Below, one piece after another: positions 30,601 through 41,900 of a DNA stretch of 64,000 nucleotides. The DNA is from a virus. Lineage: Duplodnaviria; Caudoviricetes. Below the pieces are notes generated by a model, which did not search any database, was not told the DNA's origin, and saw nothing but the letters and a program-made list of their open reading frames with translations. The DNA lies in the IMG/VR virus record IMGVR_UViG_2941446319_000002, positions 4,485 to 68,484 of that record; one strand, written 5' to 3'. A program made the translations under genes and the position numbers. Each line of letters starts with the position of its first letter. Positions within the stretch are counted from its first letter, which is position 1.

Positions 30601-32679
30601 ATGGCTAGCGCCCCGACCCGAGACATCGGACACCTCGACCAGCACTACGGCTTGTGGCTCGGCGACTGGCTGGAGCTCATCCCCGACCTCATCTGGCCCA
30701 ACTCGGTCCAGACGTACTCCAGGATGCGGCACGACCCGCAGCTCACCGCCGTCCTCGCCGCCTACACGCTGCCCATCCGCAGGGCGACGTGGGCCATCGA
30801 CCCGGCCGGCTGCCGTGACGAAGTCGTGCAGCTCGTCGCCGACGATCTCGGCCTACCCATCCTGGGCGCCGACGCAGAGCCCGGCCCGGCGCGCAGGCGC
30901 GGTGTGCGCTGGGCCGACCACGTCCGACTCGCGCTCGGCTCCCTGACCTACGGGTTCGCGCCGTTCGAGCGCCGCTACGAGATCGTCAACGGGCAGGCCC
31001 GGCTCGTCAACCTCGGCGAACGGCTGCCGCACACCATCGGCGCGATCAACCTGCACCGCGACGGCACCATCCAGTCGATCCAGCAGGACATCGCCCCCGT
31101 CTCAAGCCCGATCCCCGCCGAAAGGTTGGCGTGGTACGTGCACGAGCGGGAGGGCGCCAACTGGGCCGGACGCTCCATCCTCCGCGCGAGCTATGGCCCG
31201 TGGCTGCTCAAGCACGAGGTGTGGAGAGTCCACGCCACGTCGATCAGGCGTTTCGGCATGGGCGTCCCATCGGTCACCGCGCCCGTCGGCGCGACCCCGG
31301 GACAGGTAGCAGAAGCGCAGCGGCTCGCATCGGCGATGCGCGTCGGTGACCAGTCCGGCGTCGGCATGCCGGACGGGTTCAAGTTGGCGATCACCGGCAT
31401 GACCGGCTCGGTGCCCGACGCGATGGCGTTCATCCACTACCTCGACCAGCAGATGAGCAGGTCCTGCCTGGCCGGGCTGATGGACCTCGGCGACACCAGC
31501 AACGGATCCCGCGCGCTGGGCGCCAGCTTCCTCGACCTGTTCCTCCTGTCGCTGCAGGCCGTCGCCGACGAGATCGCCGACGCCGCCACCTCAGGCCAGC
31601 CTGGCATCCCCGGTATCGTCACCCAGCTCGTCGACTACAACTGGGGCGAAGACGAGCCCGCACCGAAGGTCGTGGCACCGGACGTCGGCGACCGGCACGA
31701 GGTCACCGCCGAGGCGCTCGACCAGCTCATCACCTGCGGGGCGATCACGCCTGACCCCGAGCTTGAGGCGTACGTCCGGGCGTCGTGGAAGCTCCCCGAG
31801 CGCTCACAGACCGCGCTCCCGACGCCGCCGGCCCCGCGCCCCGACCCGGAGCCCACGCCCGCACCGCAGGCCCGTCGCCGCCCCCGCACCCCGCGTGCAC
31901 GCCGGCCCCGCGCCGCCGCTGAGGAGGGCGCCACACGGCGCCAGCTCACCCTCGACGAGAGCACGTCCGGTATGGACCCGGCAGCCATCCAGCAGGCGTG
32001 GCAGGAGCAGCTCGACCAGCTGCTCGCCGACTGGCAGCCGATCGCCGAGGCCTGGCGGGCCGAGCTGGGTGAGCAGGTCGAGCAGGCCCTCGAAGACGGC
32101 GACCTCGCAGCCCTGGCCGCCATGAGTCTGGACAGCGCGGCAGCCGCGGCGCTCATCGCCGCCGCGATGGTAGCGATGGCGGGGACGGCGTCCGAGCAGA
32201 TGGCGGCCGAGGCCGAATCGCAGGGCGTCACCGTCGAAGCGCCCGCCGTGGATGAGGAGGCGCTGGGCGCGATCGCCGCAGCGATCGCCGTCCTGCTCGC
32301 CGCGTGGCTCGCAGGGGCAGCCGCTCGGGAAGCGCTCCGCCTGGCCGTGCCCGGCGCTGCTGCCGCGGTGGTGGCCGCCGCGGTGGTGGCGTTCCTGGCT
32401 GGCCTGTCCGACAGGTTTTTGCGCGACCAGCTCGGTGCCGCGCTCTCCCAGGCGCAGGCGTCCGGCCGGTTCGCGGTGCTCGACGCCGCACCCGCCGCCG
32501 ACCAGTACATCGCCTCCGAGGTGCTCGACGCCGCAACATGCGGGCCGTGCCGCGACATCGACGGCCACACCTTCGACGACCTCGACGCTGCCCGCGCCGC
32601 CTACGGCAACGGCAGCTACGTGCTGTGCGAGGGCGGCATCCGCTGCCGCGGCACCGTATTCGCCCTCTTCAACGACTAG
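30601..32679 (+). CDS. Portal protein (DUF935-like) fused to MuF-like domain
   Basis: Follows TerL; GRSILRASY..W..K, RFGMGVP, GSRALG; C-terminal SEVLD..TCGPC..IDG..C..RCRG. Confidence 0.88.
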   Translation: MASAPTRDIGHLDQHYGLWLGDWLELIPDLIWPNSVQTYSRMRHDPQLTAVLAAYTLPIRRATWAIDPAGCRDEVVQLVADDLGLPILGADAEPGPARRRGVRWADHVRLALGSLTYGFAPFERRYEIVNGQARLVNLGERLPHTIGAINLHRDGTIQSIQQDIAPVSSPIPAERLAWYVHEREGANWAGRSILRASYGPWLLKHEVWRVHATSIRRFGMGVPSVTAPVGATPGQVAEAQRLASAMRVGDQSGVGMPDGFKLAITGMTGSVPDAMAFIHYLDQQMSRSCLAGLMDLGDTSNGSRALGASFLDLFLLSLQAVADEIADAATSGQPGIPGIVTQLVDYNWGEDEPAPKVVAPDVGDRHEVTAEALDQLITCGAITPDPELEAYVRASWKLPERSQTALPTPPAPRPDPEPTPAPQARRRPRTPRARRPRAAAEEGATRRQLTLDESTSGMDPAAIQQAWQEQLDQLLADWQPIAEAWRAELGEQVEQALEDGDLAALAAMSLDSAAAAALIAAAMVAMAGTASEQMAAEAESQGVTVEAPAVDEEALGAIAAAIAVLLAAWLAGAAAREALRLAVPGAAAAVVAAAVVAFLAGLSDRFLRDQLGAALSQAQASGRFAVLDAAPAADQYIASEVLDAATCGPCRDIDGHTFDDLDAARAAYGNGSYVLCEGGIRCRGTVFALFND

Positions 32680-32688
32680 GAGACGCCG

Positions 32689-33930
32689 GTGAGGCTCAAG
32701 ACCGCACGCCCCCAGGCGCGCATCGGCGCCGCCGACTGGTACCGCATCCGCAACCTGGCCGACAACGAGGCCGAGGTCGTCATCTACGACGAGATCGGCT
32801 GGTTCGGAGTGTCCGCCCAGGACTTCATCCGCGAACTGCGCGACGTCACCGCCAACCAGATCACGCTCCGGGTCAACAGCCCGGGCGGCGAGGTGTACGA
32901 CGGCATCGCCATCTACAACCTGCTCAGGAGCCACCCGGCGCATGTCACCGTCTACGTCGACGGCATCGCCGCCAGCATCGCCTCCGTCATCGCGCTCGCT
33001 GGCGACGAGATCATCATGCAGCCGCACTCTCAAATGATGATCCACAACCCGTGGGCGATGTGCATCGGCAACGCCTCCGACATGGCCGACATGGCAGCCC
33101 GGCTCAGCAAGCACGCTGACGACATCGCCGCCGTCTACGCCGACCGCGTCGGCGGCACCGTCGACGAGTGGCGTGAGCGCATGGCCGCCGAGACGTGGTT
33201 CTCCGCCGAGGAGACGGTCGAGGCAGGCCTGGCCGATCGGGTCGGGCAGCACACCGCCTGCCCCGCCGACGGCAACACTGACGCCGCCGTCAGCAACTCG
33301 TGGGATCTGTCCGTGTTCCGGTACGCCGGCCGCGAGCATGCGCCCGCCCCTGTCGCGGTCATGGCCGCGGCTTCACAGACTCCCCCGGCCGAGCCGGCCG
33401 CGGGGCCCCAAGAAACCCAGGAGGGGGACACCATGTCCACTCTGACCGAGGGGCTGCGTGAGCGGCTCGGCATCGCTGATGACGCCGAGCTCGACGACGA
33501 CGCCCTGCTCGACGCGGTCGACCAGGCTCTGGCCGAGCGTGCCGAGCCATCCACTGCGGGGCCCGCCCCGGGGCCGGAGCCGGTCGCGGCCCGCATCCCG
33601 GACGGGATGCAGCTGATCGACGAGGCCACCCTCGCCGAGTTGCGCGCCAGCGCCGCCCAGGGCGTCGAGGCTCGCGCCCTGCAGCGGACCGAGGCCCGCG
33701 ACCAGGCGCTCAACGACGCCATCCGCGTCGGCAAGTTCCCGCCCGCCCGGCGCGACCACTACGCCGCAGCGTGGGACGCCGACCCGGAGGGCACCCGACA
33801 GCTGCTCGATTCCCTCGCCGAGGGGCTCGTGCCTCTCGCCGACGTCGGCCAGCCCGGCGGCGAGCCCACCGACAACGGCTTCGACGCCGAGGTCGACCGT
33901 CTCTTCACCACGCCTGGACGGAGCGCCTAA
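32689..33930 (+). CDS. ClpP-type head maturation protease plus scaffold
   Basis: IYDEIG, RVNSPGGEV, DGIAASIAS, MMIHNP, ETWFSAEE..GLAD. Confidence 0.93.
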   Translation: MRLKTARPQARIGAADWYRIRNLADNEAEVVIYDEIGWFGVSAQDFIRELRDVTANQITLRVNSPGGEVYDGIAIYNLLRSHPAHVTVYVDGIAASIASVIALAGDEIIMQPHSQMMIHNPWAMCIGNASDMADMAARLSKHADDIAAVYADRVGGTVDEWRERMAAETWFSAEETVEAGLADRVGQHTACPADGNTDAAVSNSWDLSVFRYAGREHAPAPVAVMAAASQTPPAEPAAGPQETQEGDTMSTLTEGLRERLGIADDAELDDDALLDAVDQALAERAEPSTAGPAPGPEPVAARIPDGMQLIDEATLAELRASAAQGVEARALQRTEARDQALNDAIRVGKFPPARRDHYAAAWDADPEGTRQLLDSLAEGLVPLADVGQPGGEPTDNGFDAEVDRLFTTPGRSA

Positions 33931-33933
33931 GCC

Positions 33934-34326
33934 ATGGCTGACTACCTGCCTATCTACACCCCGGCTGAGACTGCCACGTTCACCACCAGCGCCGCCGTCA
34001 TTGGCGGGCAGCTGCTGCACGTGTCCGGCAACGGCACCGTCTCCCCGGCGCCCGCGGGTAGCGCGGCGTGGATCGGCGTCGCCTCTGGTGACGCCGCCTC
34101 CGGCGCCCGTGTCACTGTGTTCTGCCGCGGCACCGTCCACGAGTCCACCGCCGCTGGCGCCATCACGGCGGGCGCCCAGCTCGCCACCGGCGCGGCCGGC
34201 ACCGTCGCCACGCTCGCGGCCGCCGCCGGCGCCGCAGCGGGCGACATCAACAACGCGCGTGGCGTCATCGGCGTCGCGCTCACCACAGCAGCGGACACAG
34301 CGCTCGTCCGCTGGATGGCCTGGTAA
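33934..34326 (+). CDS. Capsid decoration/cement protein
   Basis: Ala/Gly-rich, IGVASGDAASG..VTV, IGVALTTAAD; just before capsid gene. Confidence 0.8.
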   Translation: MADYLPIYTPAETATFTTSAAVIGGQLLHVSGNGTVSPAPAGSAAWIGVASGDAASGARVTVFCRGTVHESTAAGAITAGAQLATGAAGTVATLAAAAGAAAGDINNARGVIGVALTTAADTALVRWMAW

Positions 34327-34335
34327 GGAGCCACG

Positions 34336-35262
34336 ATGCCTGTTAACCCGTACGCTCCGCCGAGCCTGGCCGGTGACCTGCTCACCATCCACCGCCTGCT
34401 CGCCTCGCCGACGCAGATTCGGCGCCGCCTGCAGACCATCACCGACATGCGGTTCATCTCCGACCAGATCCTCACCCAGCGTTTCCGGTCCTCCGGCGGC
34501 GCGGTGCTGTACGAGGTCTCTGAGCCGATCTTTAACGAGCGTGACCCCGAGGCGGTTGGGCCGGGCTCGGAGTATCCGAAGGCCGTCACCCCGATCGGCG
34601 CTGCGGCGCTGGCCTCGGTTCTGAAGTGGGGTCAGGCCACCCGCATCACCGACGAGGCCATCAAGCGGAGTGTGCCCGCTGGTGCGCCGGTGGACCGGGC
34701 TCTACGCAAGGTGATCAACACGGTGATCCGGCACATCGACGGCATCACCATGTCGGCGGTCGCGTCCGCTGTCACGCAGACGCAGGCCGCCGGCGACGAC
34801 TGGATCGCGACCACGGCGACGATCCTGCGGGACATCGAACTCGCCACGGCGAAGATCGACGACCTGCAGATGGGCTACATGCCCGACACGATCGTCATGT
34901 CGTCGACGAAGTACGCCTACATGGCGTCCGACGACAAAATCTCCAACCTGCGACGCAGGGAGGCGACCGACAACCCGGTCTACGGCGGAGACATCGAGCG
35001 GCTCGGCGGCCTGGTCGTCATCAAGGCGCCGCTGTCGTCGCTGCCGTCGGATGACGTGTGGATCCTCGACAGTAAGCAGCTCGGCGGCATGGCCGACGAG
35101 GCGAACGTCGACCCGGGCTACACCGTGTCGGAGATGGCGGTGCAGATCCAGACGGAGCGTCTGGCGACGAAGGACTCGTGGGAGATGTGGGGCCGGCGTA
35201 TCACGGTGCCGGTCGTGCAGGAGCCGGGCGCCGCCATCAAGATCACCGGAACGAACCCGTAA
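34336..35262 (+). CDS. Major capsid protein
   Basis: 308 aa; VGPGSEYP, KWG..ITDE, GYMPDTIVM, PVVQEPGAAIKITG. Confidence 0.9.
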   Translation: MPVNPYAPPSLAGDLLTIHRLLASPTQIRRRLQTITDMRFISDQILTQRFRSSGGAVLYEVSEPIFNERDPEAVGPGSEYPKAVTPIGAAALASVLKWGQATRITDEAIKRSVPAGAPVDRALRKVINTVIRHIDGITMSAVASAVTQTQAAGDDWIATTATILRDIELATAKIDDLQMGYMPDTIVMSSTKYAYMASDDKISNLRRREATDNPVYGGDIERLGGLVVIKAPLSSLPSDDVWILDSKQLGGMADEANVDPGYTVSEMAVQIQTERLATKDSWEMWGRRITVPVVQEPGAAIKITGTNP

Positions 35263-35271
35263 GGAGGGGCC

Positions 35272-35604
35272 GTGACTAAGCAGTACAAGGTGACCGCGCC
35301 GTGCGTGGTCAACGTCCCGGTCTCCTCCGAGCAGGGCGCCCAGCTCACCACCTTCTACCGTGGCGCGCTCCTGCCCGAAGGGGTGCCCGCGGCACGGGTC
35401 AAGCACCTGCTCGACTCGAACCTTATCGAGCAGGTGAAGGACGGCGACGCCCCCGTCGAGCAGCCGCTCACCGTTAACTCCCGCTCCAGCAAGGAGCAGC
35501 TCGTCGCGTACGGGGTGGCTCAGGGCGACGACCGGGCCGCGCTGGAGGCGATGACGGTCAAGGAGCTGAAGGAGCTCTACGTCAAGGACGCCGAACCCCA
35601 GTAG
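35272..35604 (+). CDS. Post-capsid protein with HeH/SAP-like C-terminus
   Basis: SKEQLVAYGV..MTVKELKE. Confidence 0.65.
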   Translation: MTKQYKVTAPCVVNVPVSSEQGAQLTTFYRGALLPEGVPAARVKHLLDSNLIEQVKDGDAPVEQPLTVNSRSSKEQLVAYGVAQGDDRAALEAMTVKELKELYVKDAEPQ

Positions 35605-35607
35605 ATC

Positions 35608-35652
35608 GTGGCCCGGCCAGCGCGGATCCCCAGTACCCGCCGGCCGGGCCAC
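35608..35652 (+). terminator. Stem-loop after head genes
   Basis: gtggcccggcc ... ggccgggccac. Confidence 0.5.
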
Positions 35653-35680
35653 CACCACAACCACATAGAGGAGGTGCGCG

Positions 35681-37009
35681 GTGGCCGATCCGTCGTGGAC
35701 GCCGAGCCTGGAGCAGGTGGCCGACCACATCCCCACCCGCACCCGCGACGCCGCTCAGGCCGGCGACACGGCGCTTCTGGGCACCTTCAACAGCCAGACC
35801 GAGCCGACCGACGAGCAGGCGCTCCGGCACATCAAGGCCGCCGTGGCCGAGGTGCTCGGCGCCGTCGGCGGTGACATCCCGGCCACGCCTGCCTTCCTCG
35901 GCGAGCTGGCCGGCGAGGCGGCTGCTCTGCGTGCGGCGGCGGACATCGAGCTGGGCTACCCGAACCGGAACGCTGACGCGGACCGGTGGGCGCAGCTGGA
36001 CCAGCGGGCGAAGGACGTGCTGCAGCGGCTGATCGACGCCGTCAACGACGCCGGGAGCGGCCCTGAGGGCGCGCTGCTGCCGGTCTACTCGTTTCCGGAT
36101 CCGCCGTGGCACGGCGACTACCACCTCTGAGGAGGCGCTGTGGCTGACGTGCTGTGGGTGTGGAACGAAGCGGAGCTGTTCCGCGTGCTCAAGAGCTACA
36201 ACGGGCCGGTCGGACTGCACATCGCCAAGCTCGCCCGCGAGGTCACACGGACATCCAAGCGGTACGCCAACGTGTCCCCGGCCGGGGACATCGATGCGGG
36301 CCGGCCGCCCGGCTACATGCGGGCAAAGATCCGGTGGGATCGCGGCCGTGACCTGATCGGCGTGTACGCCGACATCTCCTCCCCGGCGCGCACAGCGAGA
36401 GACGGCGCCCCGTACGGCCTGTTCATGGAGGTCGGCACGCGGCCACACATCATCCGGCCGAAACGCCCCGATGGCTGGCTGCGGTTCATGGTCGACGGCA
36501 AGGTCGTGTTCGCCCGCGTCGTCCACCACCCCGGCACCCGGCCGTACGCCTACCTGCGGCGCGCCCTCGCCACCCTGCGCGGAGCCTAGATGGCCCGCGT
36601 CGCGGCGACCGCCGCAGTCCTCGCCTGGGCCAACGCCCACCCGACCCTCACCGGCCCCGGCAACCCCTTGGATCAGGGCGCGTTCCGCGACCAGATCCGA
36701 TCCCCGTCCCGGGGCGCCTATCTGGTGCTCGCCCGCATCGACGGCGCTGACGCGCTCGTTGCCGAGGCCCCGATCGATGAGGCCCGCGTCGCCGGGCTGG
36801 TGTTCGCCGCCACCGACGAGGCTGCGGAGACGGCCGCCGTGGCGTACGCCAACGCCCTGTCCGCGCTCACCGGCACGCCGACGCCGATGGGCGACGCGAC
36901 GTGCCTGGTCGTGGACGCGATCACGGGCCCGCAGTTCCTCGACGACGGGGCCGGCGCGCGCGGGGAGCTCTACGCCTACCAGGTGGACGCGACGTTCTTC
37001 TTCGCTTGA
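35681..37009 (+). CDS. Head-tail joining genes: adaptor 35681-36130, HK97 gp10-like 36140-36589, tail terminator-like 36590-37009
   Basis: Synteny; YGLFMEVGTRPHII..VHHPGT.P..YL motif. Confidence 0.78.
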
Positions 37010-37062
37010 CCCCGCCCTTCTCCTCTCTTCTCCTTCCGCCGTGTCCTGACCTGGAGGTTCTT

Positions 37063-37664
37063 ATGGCGGCTCTAACCCTGCAGGTGCTCGTACCTGGCGG
37101 GTCCGAATCCACCCTCGTTGCCGCGACCAGCGGCGGCGACACCTGCCCTGCCGGGCCGGGCGTGTTCCTGGAGGTTGACAACGGCGGCGCGTCGCCGTGC
37201 TCCGTCACGCTGGCCGCCCAGTACTCCACGTACGGCCTGGAGCTGGAAGATCTCGTGGTCGCGGTCCCGGCCGGCGAGCGGTGGAAGATCCCCGTTCCGA
37301 AGCTGTTCGCGGCGGCGGACGGGGCTGCGTCCATCACCTACTCCGGCGTGGACACGGTCACCGTCGGCGCCTTCAAGGCCGCGTGATGGCCGGCCGCCGC
37401 GACGCCAAAACGTCGCCCACCACCGCCGCCCAAGCGCCCGCCGCGCCGCCGTACTACATCGCCACCCGGCCGCTGTTCATCGGCGGCAGCCAGTTCAACC
37501 GGGCCCACAACGTCGGCGACCGCGTGCCGCCCGACCACGTCGAGGAGTACGGCTGGCACGCCGGCGTGCGCCTCCCGGACGGCTACGAACCGCCTCCGTC
37601 CAACCCCACCCCCGAGCCTGAGACCGCCACTGGCCAGGCCACCAGCAAGGAAGGTGACGTCTGA
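37063..37664 (+). CDS. Two small structural genes (37063-37386, 37386-37664)
   Basis: SD ggagg, TGATG coupling. Confidence 0.65.
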
Positions 37665-38215
37665 TGGCTCGTGGAAACCCGGCCAACCTAGCCCTGGGCC
37701 CTGGAAAGCTGTACATCGCCGTGCTCGGCACCACCGAGCCGACCGATCTCACCACCCCGTGGGAGACCGTCTCCGCCGCGTGGATTCCGCTCGGCTACAC
37801 CGACGAGGGCTCGACGTTCAACTACTCGGTGGACTCTGAGAACGTTGAGGTCGCCGAAGAGTTGGACCCGGTCGCCGTCGCGCTCACGTCGCGCGAGCTG
37901 GGCCTGTCCTTCGCCCTCGCGGAGATCACCGCCAGCAATCTCAAGCGGGCGCTCAACGGCGGCACCATCACCCCGGGCACCGGCATCGTCGTCTTCGAGC
38001 CGCCCGCCCTCGGCGAAGAGGTGCGCACCATGCTCGGCTGGGAGAGCGAGGACGCGACCGAACGCTGGGTGTACCGCAAGTGCCTCCAGATCGGCGCCAT
38101 GGAGATGAGCAGGGCGAAGGGCGCGGCCAAGGCCACCATTTCGTGTGACTACCGGCTGGAGAAGCCCGCCGAGCTCCCCGCCTTTAAGGCCATCATGACG
38201 ACGGCGAGGGCCTGA
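37664..38215 (+). CDS. Major tail (tube) protein
   Basis: GPGKLYIAVLGTTEP..W..LGYTDEG; position before chaperone and tape measure. Confidence 0.88.
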   Translation: MARGNPANLALGPGKLYIAVLGTTEPTDLTTPWETVSAAWIPLGYTDEGSTFNYSVDSENVEVAEELDPVAVALTSRELGLSFALAEITASNLKRALNGGTITPGTGIVVFEPPALGEEVRTMLGWESEDATERWVYRKCLQIGAMEMSRAKGAAKATISCDYRLEKPAELPAFKAIMTTARA

Positions 38216-38216
38216 C

Positions 38217-38917
38217 ATGGCCAGGCGCTCCTACACCTCCCGCCGCGGCGACCAGCCCACCGCAGCCCTGCGGCCGTTCGACCTCGACGGCGTCACCTTC
38301 ACCCCGCAGGGCAACGTGTCCATGATGGACGTGTCCGAGTTCGCCCGCCTCGCCTCCCAGGGCCTCGACTCCCAGAGCCCGGAAGCGGTCGGCTTCCTCG
38401 CCGACGTCTACCGGTCCCTGCTCGGCGACCAGTACGCGGCCTTCCGCGAGCACTGCCGCAAACACGGCACCGACGGCGCCGTCCTCGTCGAGATCCTCGG
38501 CGACATGGTGGCCGGAGCTGTGGAGGAGGAGACCGGCCGCCCTACCGTCAGGTCCTCGGACTCCTCCGATGGGCCGCCACCCGCCCCGGCTACGCAGACG
38601 GTCGTTTCCTTCTCCAAGCACACGGTCGAGACCCAGCCGGTGGAGGAGACCCCGCAGCTGGTCTCCTACGGCTGAGCGACCTGCCCCTGCCTGATCTGCT
38701 CGACGTGCTGCATGCCTGCTGGATCGACTGGCGGCAGCAGACGCTGCAAACCGAAGCGCTGCTGGCGCTGGCCGGGGCGGCGGAGAAGGTCGAGCCGGAC
38801 GTGCATGTCCAGTTCGACGACCTGTACGGGGCTCCTACCCCGCCTCCGCCGCGTAGGCCGATGACCCCGCAGGAGCGCGAGGAGCGCATGCAAATCATCG
38901 CCCAGCTCGCCACATAG
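38217..38917 (+). CDS. Tail assembly chaperones G (38217-38675) and G-T via probable -1 frameshift (to 38917)
   Basis: -1 frame open from at least 38543 to TAG at 38917; lies between tail tube and tape measure. Confidence 0.75.
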
Positions 38918-38944
38918 CTACCGAAGAGACGGGCTGGGGGTGCG

Positions 38945-41900
38945 ATGGCTGCCACCCCCCTCGCCGAGGCGTTCGTCCGCGTCAGAGCGTTGACCGACCG
39001 GTTCAAGGACGACGTCGAGAAAGGCTTCTCCGGGCTCGGCGACGACTTCGGCAAGCAGTTCTCCCGCGAAGCGTCCGCCCGGCTCCGCAACGAACGTGGC
39101 CAGTTCGCGGGCGCCGGCAGCGAGGCCGGACGCGCCTTCGGCCAGGCCATGGCCACCGAAGGGGTTCTGACCTTCACCCGCGTCCAGGAGTACTTCCCCC
39201 TCGCCCGTGATCTCGGTGAGGCGGCGGGCGAGGAGGCCGGGGAGGCGTTCGGCCGTGGCTTGGCGGAGGAGGGCGCCGTCCGGTTCGGTGAGGACGGCAA
39301 CACCTTCGTCCGGGCCGGCCGTGAGGTGGGCGGCGACGCGGGCGAAGCGGCAGGGGAGTCCTTCTCCTCCCGGTTCTGGCGTGACGCGAACGGCCGGTGG
39401 CGGGACGAGCGCGGCCGGTTCGTGTCGGAGGCCGAAGCGCTCGGCGAGGCTGCCGGGCGTGGCTTCTCCGACGGTTTCGACCGTGGCCAGGGCGGCGGGC
39501 GTGGCCGCGGGCAGCGGCATGGCCGGGACTTCGGTGACGGCTTCTCTGATGGGCTCGCAGGCGCTCTGTCCCGGGTGGGGGATCTGGGGCGGCGTGCGCT
39601 GGAGGCGATGCTGCCGTCGCTCGGCCGGCTCACCGCCGGGTTTGGTGGTGCCGCCTCTGCGGCTGGCGGGCTGCTGGCGACGGTCGGCAAGTGGACTGCG
39701 CTGGCGGGTGGCGTGGCTGCGGTCGGCGCCGCGGCGGCGTCGGCGGCCGGCTACGTGGTGGCCTTGTCGGCTGCGCTGGCGCCGCTGGGCGGGCTGCTGG
39801 CCGCGCTGCCGGGCGTGGCGCTGACGGGTGCTGCGGCGTTCTCAGTTTGGCGTCTGGCGACGGGCGGGCTCGGCGAGGCGATGGGCGCCGCCCTGTCGGG
39901 CAACGCGGAGGCGCTCGCCGCGGCGATGGGCAAGCTGTCGGAGGGCGGCGTCCGGTTCGTCAGCGAGTTTCAACAGGTCATCCCGCTGCTGAAGGACTTC
40001 AAGGCGGCGGCGCAGGACGCGTTCCTGTCGCAGATCGCGGGCGAGTTGGCAGGCTGGGCGTCGGCGATCGGCGGGTTGAAGCCCGCCGTCAAGGACCTGG
40101 CGTCCGAGTTCGGTGGGCTGGTCCGCACGTTCTTCGAGTTCGGCACCGCGCAGGGCACTCTCGTCCAGCTCGACGGCGTGCTGCGGGATACGCACTCGCT
40201 CGTCGGTGCGATCCACTCGGCGCTGGAGCCGCTGTTGCAGGGCTTCCTCGACCTCGGTGTGGTCGGGTCCGGCTGGTTGGCCAGCATGTCCGGCGGCCTG
40301 CAGGACGTGCTGGTCAGGTTCGGCCAGTGGATGTCGCGCATCGCCGAGAGCGGTCAGGCGCTGGCGTGGATGGACGGCGCCCTCCGGGTGCTCAAGCAGC
40401 TGGGCGCGCTGGTTAAGGACGTTTGGGACATCTTCGACGGGTTGATGGATGCCGCCAGGGAGGCGGGCGGCGACGTTCTCGGCGTGCTCGGCAGCCTGGT
40501 CGATGGGTTCGCGAAGTGGGTGAAGTCGGCTGAAGGCCAGGAGGTGCTGGTCGCCGTTTTCAGGGCGCTCAACGACATCGGCTCCGCGTTGCTGCCTGTC
40601 ATCACCGCGCTCGCTGGTGCCATCGGTGTGCTCGCCCCGATCGTCGCTCAGCTGGCCGAGCTGATCGGCCCGATCCTGACGACGGCGGTCAACGCGCTTG
40701 GCCCGGCCATCGCCCAGCTCGGGCCTGGCGCGATTGCCGTGTTCACAGCCCTGGGCGCGGCGGTGCAGACGTTGGCGGATTCCGGCGCGTTGACGGAGAT
40801 CGCGCAGGCGTTCGCCGCTCTTCTGACGGCCCTGGCTCCGCTACTTCCGGCGCTGGCTGATCTTCTGGTCCCGATTCTGCAGGGCTTGGCGGTGCTGGTC
40901 ACGACGGCTGTTGCTCCGGCTCTGTCCACCTTGGTCGGCTGGATCCAGCAGGCTGTGACCTGGATCACGACGGCGCCGCTCAACGACGATCACCCGCTCG
41001 CACGCTTCGCCGCGTTCGTCACTGACACTCTCGTGCCTGCTGTGCAGACGGCGTGGGGGCACCTGAGCACGGCGTTCACCGAGCTCGCCGGCTGGATCGA
41101 AGCCAACCGCGCCACGTTCGAGGCGTGGGGCGTGAAGATCGCCGAACTGTACGCGACTGCTCAAACGATCTGGACGACCGTCTCGCAGCTGATCGGCGCC
41201 GTGTTCACCGACATCTCGACCTGGGTCAGCGAGAACCAGGGGAAGTGGACGGAGTGGGGCGACCGGATCGGGTCAATCGCCACCACGGTCGGGGACATCG
41301 TCGCTGGCGTCTGGGAATTTATCAAGATCGCTTGGGACACCTTTGGTGGTCCGTTGCTCGATCTGATCGGCGGCTTGTTCGGCGCGATCCTGCAGGTCAT
41401 CGACGGCATCATGCAGGCCATCAAGGGCGTGATCGAAACCATCCTCGGCGTGATCACCGGCGACTGGGAGCGCGCCTGGAACGGCGTGAAAGACATCTTC
41501 GGCGGCATCTGGGAGGTGATCAAAGGCGTATTGTCCGGCGCGCTGGAGATCATCAAATTCCAGATCTCGAACGCGTTGGCGCTGGTCGGCGACACCTGGG
41601 ACGGTGCCTGGGCCAAGATGGAGCGGGTCGTCGGCGACGTGTGGAACGCGATCACGTCATGGATCGGCCGGAAAGTCGACGAGGCCGGAGACATCATCAA
41701 CCGGCTCTCCCAGATTCCTGGCCTGGTGAGCGACTGGTTCGGCCAGGTGCGGAACGCGATCGTCGACCGGTTCAACGACGCGGTCAACTTCATCCGTGGC
41801 ATCCCCGGCATGATCACGGGTGCGCTCGGCAACCTGGGCGGGCTGCTCTACGGGGCGGGCCAGTCGATGATGCAGGGCTTGATCGACGGTTTGTACTCGA

